Below, piece after piece: positions 60,799 to 64,000 of a stretch of 64,000 bases of DNA. Source of the DNA: Candidatus Limnocylindrales bacterium (GTDB lineage: Bacteria > Chloroflexota > Limnocylindria > Limnocylindrales > CSP1-4); NCBI GenBank assembly GCA_038214255.1, contig JBBQRZ010000008.1:23832-87831 (forward strand). The letters are read 5' to 3'. Positions within the stretch are counted from its first letter, which is position 1. The number at the start of each line of letters is the position of its first letter. The notes beneath the pieces are model-generated. The model saw only the letters and a program-made list of their open reading frames with translations, was not told where the DNA came from and made no database searches. The position numbers and the translations under genes are program-made.

Positions 60799-60823
60799 CG
60801 AGGTGCCTCGGATCGTCCGAGGC
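60799..60823 (-). promoter_or_regulatory. Three adjacent copies of CCGAGG/CCTCGG that can form two mutually exclusive hairpins in the leader of the binding-protein gene
   Basis: caCCGAGGtgCCTCGGatcgtCCGAGGct lies between the iolG-like stop and the transporter operon start. Confidence 0.3.
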
Positions 60824-60930
60824 TACTCGCCGGTGATCGCCGTGACTAGCCCTCTATTGCGCGTCTCCCGGATCCGTGCCGGCAGACGCGGCCGCCACCT
60901 CCTTTCGCCGGCCGCGTCGACCGGCTCTTC

Positions 60931-61934
60931 TCAGACGGGAATGTCGTCGAGCCGCACCGGGCGGTGCTCGTGGAGTGATCGGGTGGCGGCCTCGGCGACG
61001 CGCAACGCGGCGACGCCATCGACGGCCGTGCATGGACTCGGTGCGTCGCCGAGGGCGACCGCGACGAACGCTCCGAACTCGGCGGCATACGCCGCTTCGA
61101 AGCGGTTGATGAAGTCGCTCCAGGCGGGGCCGGCCGGCCCCGGGACGCCCGGCTCGACCGAGCGCAGTGGGGTGCGCGGCCCGAGGCCCACAGCCACGCT
61201 ATCGCCCGAGCCGAAGAGCTCCGCGCGGATGTCGTACCCGAGCGGATCGTGGCGGGCCACGGTCAGGACGGCAAACGGGCCATCGACGAGCCGCAGCGTG
61301 GCGACGGCTGTGTCGACGTCCCCGTACTTGGCGAAGACCGGGAAGCCGCGCACGCCACCGTCGGCGTACACCTCGTCCACCTCGCAGCCGGTCAGCCAGC
61401 GCAGGATGTCGAAGTCGTGGATCGAGAAGTCGCGAAACAGGCCGCCCGACTGGGGGATGTATGACTCGTGCGGCGGAGCCGGGTCGTGGCCGGCCAGGCG
61501 GACCGTGTAGAGCGTGCCCAGCTCGCCCGACTCCACGAGCCGGCGGGCCTCGCGGTAGCCGGCATCGAACCGGCGCTGGAAGCCCAGCTGGAACGGGACG
61601 CCGCTGCGTTCGATCTCGGCAGCGACGGCGATCGTGTCCTCGAGGGTCGCTGCGAGGGGCTTTCGCAGAAGGTTGGGAGGCCACGGCCGATGGCCGCGCG
61701 GATGAGCTCGGGATGGGCACTGGTGGCCGCGGCGATGACGACGGCATCGGCCGCGTCGAGCGCGGCCTCGATGCTGGAGCCGGCGCTGGCGATCCCGCCG
61801 ATCTCGGCCGCCACCTCGGCGGCGCGAGCCGCGTTCGGGTCGGCGACGACGACCTGGTCGACCCCCAGGGTGGACGTGAGGAGGCGCGCGTGGAGGTGCC
61901 CGATGCGTCCGGCGCCGAGCACCGCCACCCTCAT
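60931..61934 (-). pseudogene. Gfo/Idh/MocA oxidoreductase (inositol 2-dehydrogenase-like), disrupted by a 1-bp frameshift in an A3 run near 61660
   Basis: N-terminal Rossmann half (MRVAVLGAGRIGHLH...GLPTFCE) is in the frame of ORF 61392..63263. The C-terminal half (KPLAATLEDT...) is in the frame of ORF 60931..62166. The join falls exactly in the conserved CEKPLA motif. Confidence 0.6.
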
Positions 61935-62935
61935 CGCCTCGCCTCCGAACCGGCTCGTCGCAGGGCCCCCGCCAGCACGCGGCGGCCGATGGCCGCGCTC
62001 TCCGAGGGCGGCCCCCAGCAGCTGTCCTGCTCGACCATGAGCCAGCCGTCGTAGTCGCGCCGGGCGAGCGAGGCGACGATGCCGTCGAGATCCAGCAACC
62101 CCGAGCCGAGCTCGGTGAAGAGCCGCTCGTGGATCGCCACGCCGAAGCCGTCGACCTCGCCCGCACGCAGCCGCTGCAGGACCTTCCCGTCTACGTCCTT
62201 GAGGTGGACGTGGCGGACTCGGGCTCCGAGACGCTCCAACGCCTCGACCGGATCTCCGCCGCCGACCAGGTAGTGACCGACATCGAGGCAGATCCCGATA
62301 CGCGCCGGGTCCGTTGCGGCGACCAGTCGGTCCACCTCGGCCGGTGTCTCGATGAAGGACCCGCCGTGCGGGTGGAAGACGGTGGGATGGCCGAGCGCCG
62401 CGGCTGCGTCGGAAAGCGCGTGGAGGACGGCGACGAGGACATCCCAGGCGGCGTCGGTCAGCACGCTCGTCCCGGGCGCGCCGGCGCGACCGGCCCGCGC
62501 CGCGCGGTCGGGCGAGAGGTCGAGTGCGACGCACAGGACCTCGCCACCGGCCTCGTGCAGCAGGCGCAGCCGCTCGAGGCCGAGCCCGAGCGCGTCGGCG
62601 GTCGGGCCGTCGGCGGTGCTCGGCAACGAGGCGTACACCTCGGCCAGCCTCAGGTCGCGCTCCGCGAGCGCGCGGTGGAGCTCGACGCCCTCCGGGAATC
62701 CGAGACCGAGCTGGGTCCCTTCGAACCCGGTCCGGGCGATCTCGTCGAGGATGGTGAGCGCGTCGGTGCCCCGCCGCAGCTCCGCCAGGTCCACGTTGTT
62801 CCAGAGGATCGGCACGGTTCCGATGGCGGCGCGCGGCAAGGCGTCGCCGGGACGCCGGAGGCTGGCGCGGAGGCTGCGGGCCGGCGCCGCCGCGGTGCTC
62901 AACGGTGCTGCTCCTCGGCCACTCCGGCGGCCCAT
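61931..62935 (-). CDS. Sugar phosphate isomerase/epimerase (xylose-isomerase-like TIM barrel; IolE/inosose dehydratase-like)
   Basis: IGTVPILWNNVDL start region and HVHLKD metal-binding context. The upstream part of ORF 61931..63601 was rejected; start uncertain. Confidence 0.6.
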   Translation of the reverse strand: MGRRSGRGAAPLSTAAAPARSLRASLRRPGDALPRAAIGTVPILWNNVDLAELRRGTDALTILDEIARTGFEGTQLGLGFPEGVELHRALAERDLRLAEVYASLPSTADGPTADALGLGLERLRLLHEAGGEVLCVALDLSPDRAARAGRAGAPGTSVLTDAAWDVLVAVLHALSDAAAALGHPTVFHPHGGSFIETPAEVDRLVAATDPARIGICLDVGHYLVGGGDPVEALERLGARVRHVHLKDVDGKVLQRLRAGEVDGFGVAIHERLFTELGSGLLDLDGIVASLARRDYDGWLMVEQDSCWGPPSESAAIGRRVLAGALRRAGSEARR

Positions 62936-64000
62936 CGGGCGCGCTGCTCGGGATGGTACTCGGGGCTCGGCGCGTCCCACCAGCCGGTCTTGTCCGGTCC
63001 GGCAGCCACGAGATCGCGGTCGACGCGGACGTGGACGACCGACGGACCGCCTGACGCCAGCGCCCGGCCGACCGCGGCCCGGACCTCTCCGGGGTCGTCG
63101 ACGGTTTCTGCGTGCAGCCCGAACGCCCGCCCGATCGCCGCGAAGTCGGCGGAGTAAATGGAGCCGTCGGGGGTGACGAAGTCCGTCCAGGCCGACCGGC
63201 CGAAGAACGACTCCTGGCCGCCCTTGATGCTGATCCAGCCCGAGTTGTCGAGGACCACCGCACAGACCGGGGTGCCCGCCAGGACCGCGGTCTGCAGCTC
63301 CTGGATCGACTGCAGGAAGCTCCCGTCGCCCGAGATCGAGACCACCTGGCGCTCGGGTCTGGCGAGCTGGGCTCCGATCGCGGCCGGCAGCTCGAAGCCC
63401 ATGGTCGAGAAGCCGCCCGACGTGAGATGCGTCCGCGGCTGCCGCGTGACCCAGCGCTGCTTGACCATGCCCTGGGGAAGGCCCGCCCCGGTCACGACGA
63501 TCGCGTCCTCGCGGGTGGCGGCCTGGATCTCGCGGACCGCCCGGGCCATCGTCATCGGCGTGTTGCCCGAGCCGGACTTGACCTCGACCTGCGCGAACCA
63601 ATCCGCCTTCCGGCGCTGGATCTCATCGAAGTACGGCGTGGTTCGGTACGCGCCTGGACCCGCGCCGCTCCCCAGGGCGTCGAGGAGGTCCGTGAGCCCG
63701 GCCCCCGCGTCGCCGACGAGCGGCACCTCGACCGGGTAGTTCTTGCCGATCTCGCGCGTGTCGATATCGAGCTGGATGAGCTTCGTCGGTGGGATCGAGA
63801 AGGTGACGCCGGCGCGGTACGACGAGGCCGACCAGTCCGTGAACCGGTTGCCGACCGACAGCAGAACGTCGGCCCGGACGGCGAGTTCGTTGCCGCACGA
63901 CGAGGCCGTGTCGCCGATCGTCAATGCGGCGAGCTCGTGGGTCTCGTCGATCGCGCCCTTCCCGTTCCAGGTCGTCACGACCGGGGCGCCGAGCCGTTCG
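62899..64000 (-). CDS. Thiamine-diphosphate-dependent enzyme (IolD / acetolactate-synthase-like); the 5' end lies beyond the window
   Basis: TPP-binding GDGSF motif; the frame stays open to the window end. Confidence 0.7.
   Translation of the reverse strand, partial: ERLGAPVVTTWNGKGAIDETHELAALTIGDTASSCGNELAVRADVLLSVGNRFTDWSASSYRAGVTFSIPPTKLIQLDIDTREIGKNYPVEVPLVGDAGAGLTDLLDALGSGAGPGAYRTTPYFDEIQRRKADWFAQVEVKSGSGNTPMTMARAVREIQAATREDAIVVTGAGLPQGMVKQRWVTRQPRTHLTSGGFSTMGFELPAAIGAQLARPERQVVSISGDGSFLQSIQELQTAVLAGTPVCAVVLDNSGWISIKGGQESFFGRSAWTDFVTPDGSIYSADFAAIGRAFGLHAETVDDPGEVRAAVGRALASGGPSVVHVRVDRDLVAAGPDKTGWWDAPSPEYHPEQRARWAAGVAEEQHR

Overview
High-GC (about 70%) chromosomal segment, most likely from an Actinomycetota-like bacterium; genes pack tightly and often overlap by 1-4 bp. 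No transposases, integrases, CRISPR arrays or rRNA genes were found, so this looks like core chromosome rather than a mobile island.

Gene content from start to end:
- A 5'-truncated class III adenylate/guanylate cyclase-AAA ATPase regulator, then an MBL-fold hydrolase, a Crp/Fnr regulator and cinA.
- A Holin-X-like six-TM membrane protein with a DUF3618-like partner, then tRNA-Leu(TAG).
- tig-clpP-clpX-valS.
- A CUT1-type sugar ABC transporter with a LacI regulator and a GH13 alpha-glucosidase.
- A run of zinc-ribbon proteins (a hypothetical, an FmdB-family protein and an HTH), followed by a YihY membrane protein.
- A large double zinc-ribbon protein with acidic PEPEPV tandem repeats, divergent from a reduced cell-elongation cluster: fhaA-fhaB-rodA-pbpA. 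No pstP, pknA or pknB is present.
- That cluster is followed directly by a small membrane protein and a MoxR-DUF58-transglutaminase triad.
- A putative serine-biosynthesis operon: class V aminotransferase, serA and a histidine-phosphatase-family protein.
- A secreted C39-like protein, murJ, and a TetR regulator with an AT-rich palindromic operator.
- rarA, DUF4446, and a roughly 1080-aa UvrD-like helicase fused to a RecB-type Fe-S nuclease.
- An M20 amidohydrolase, agmatinase and a SAM methyltransferase.
- An orphan CpaE-like receiver-ATPase beside murI, then an HExxH DUF2342 protease, a 2-hydroxyacid dehydrogenase and ychF.
- An inositol-type catabolic locus: PfkB kinase, LacI, a ribose-type ABC transporter, a frameshifted iolG-like gene, an iolE-like gene and a 5'-truncated iolD-like gene.

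A recurring extended -10-like element (TGC-TAGACT or GCTACCAT) sits 7-20 nt upstream of several start codons and of the tRNA, which suggests many short-leader or leaderless transcripts.
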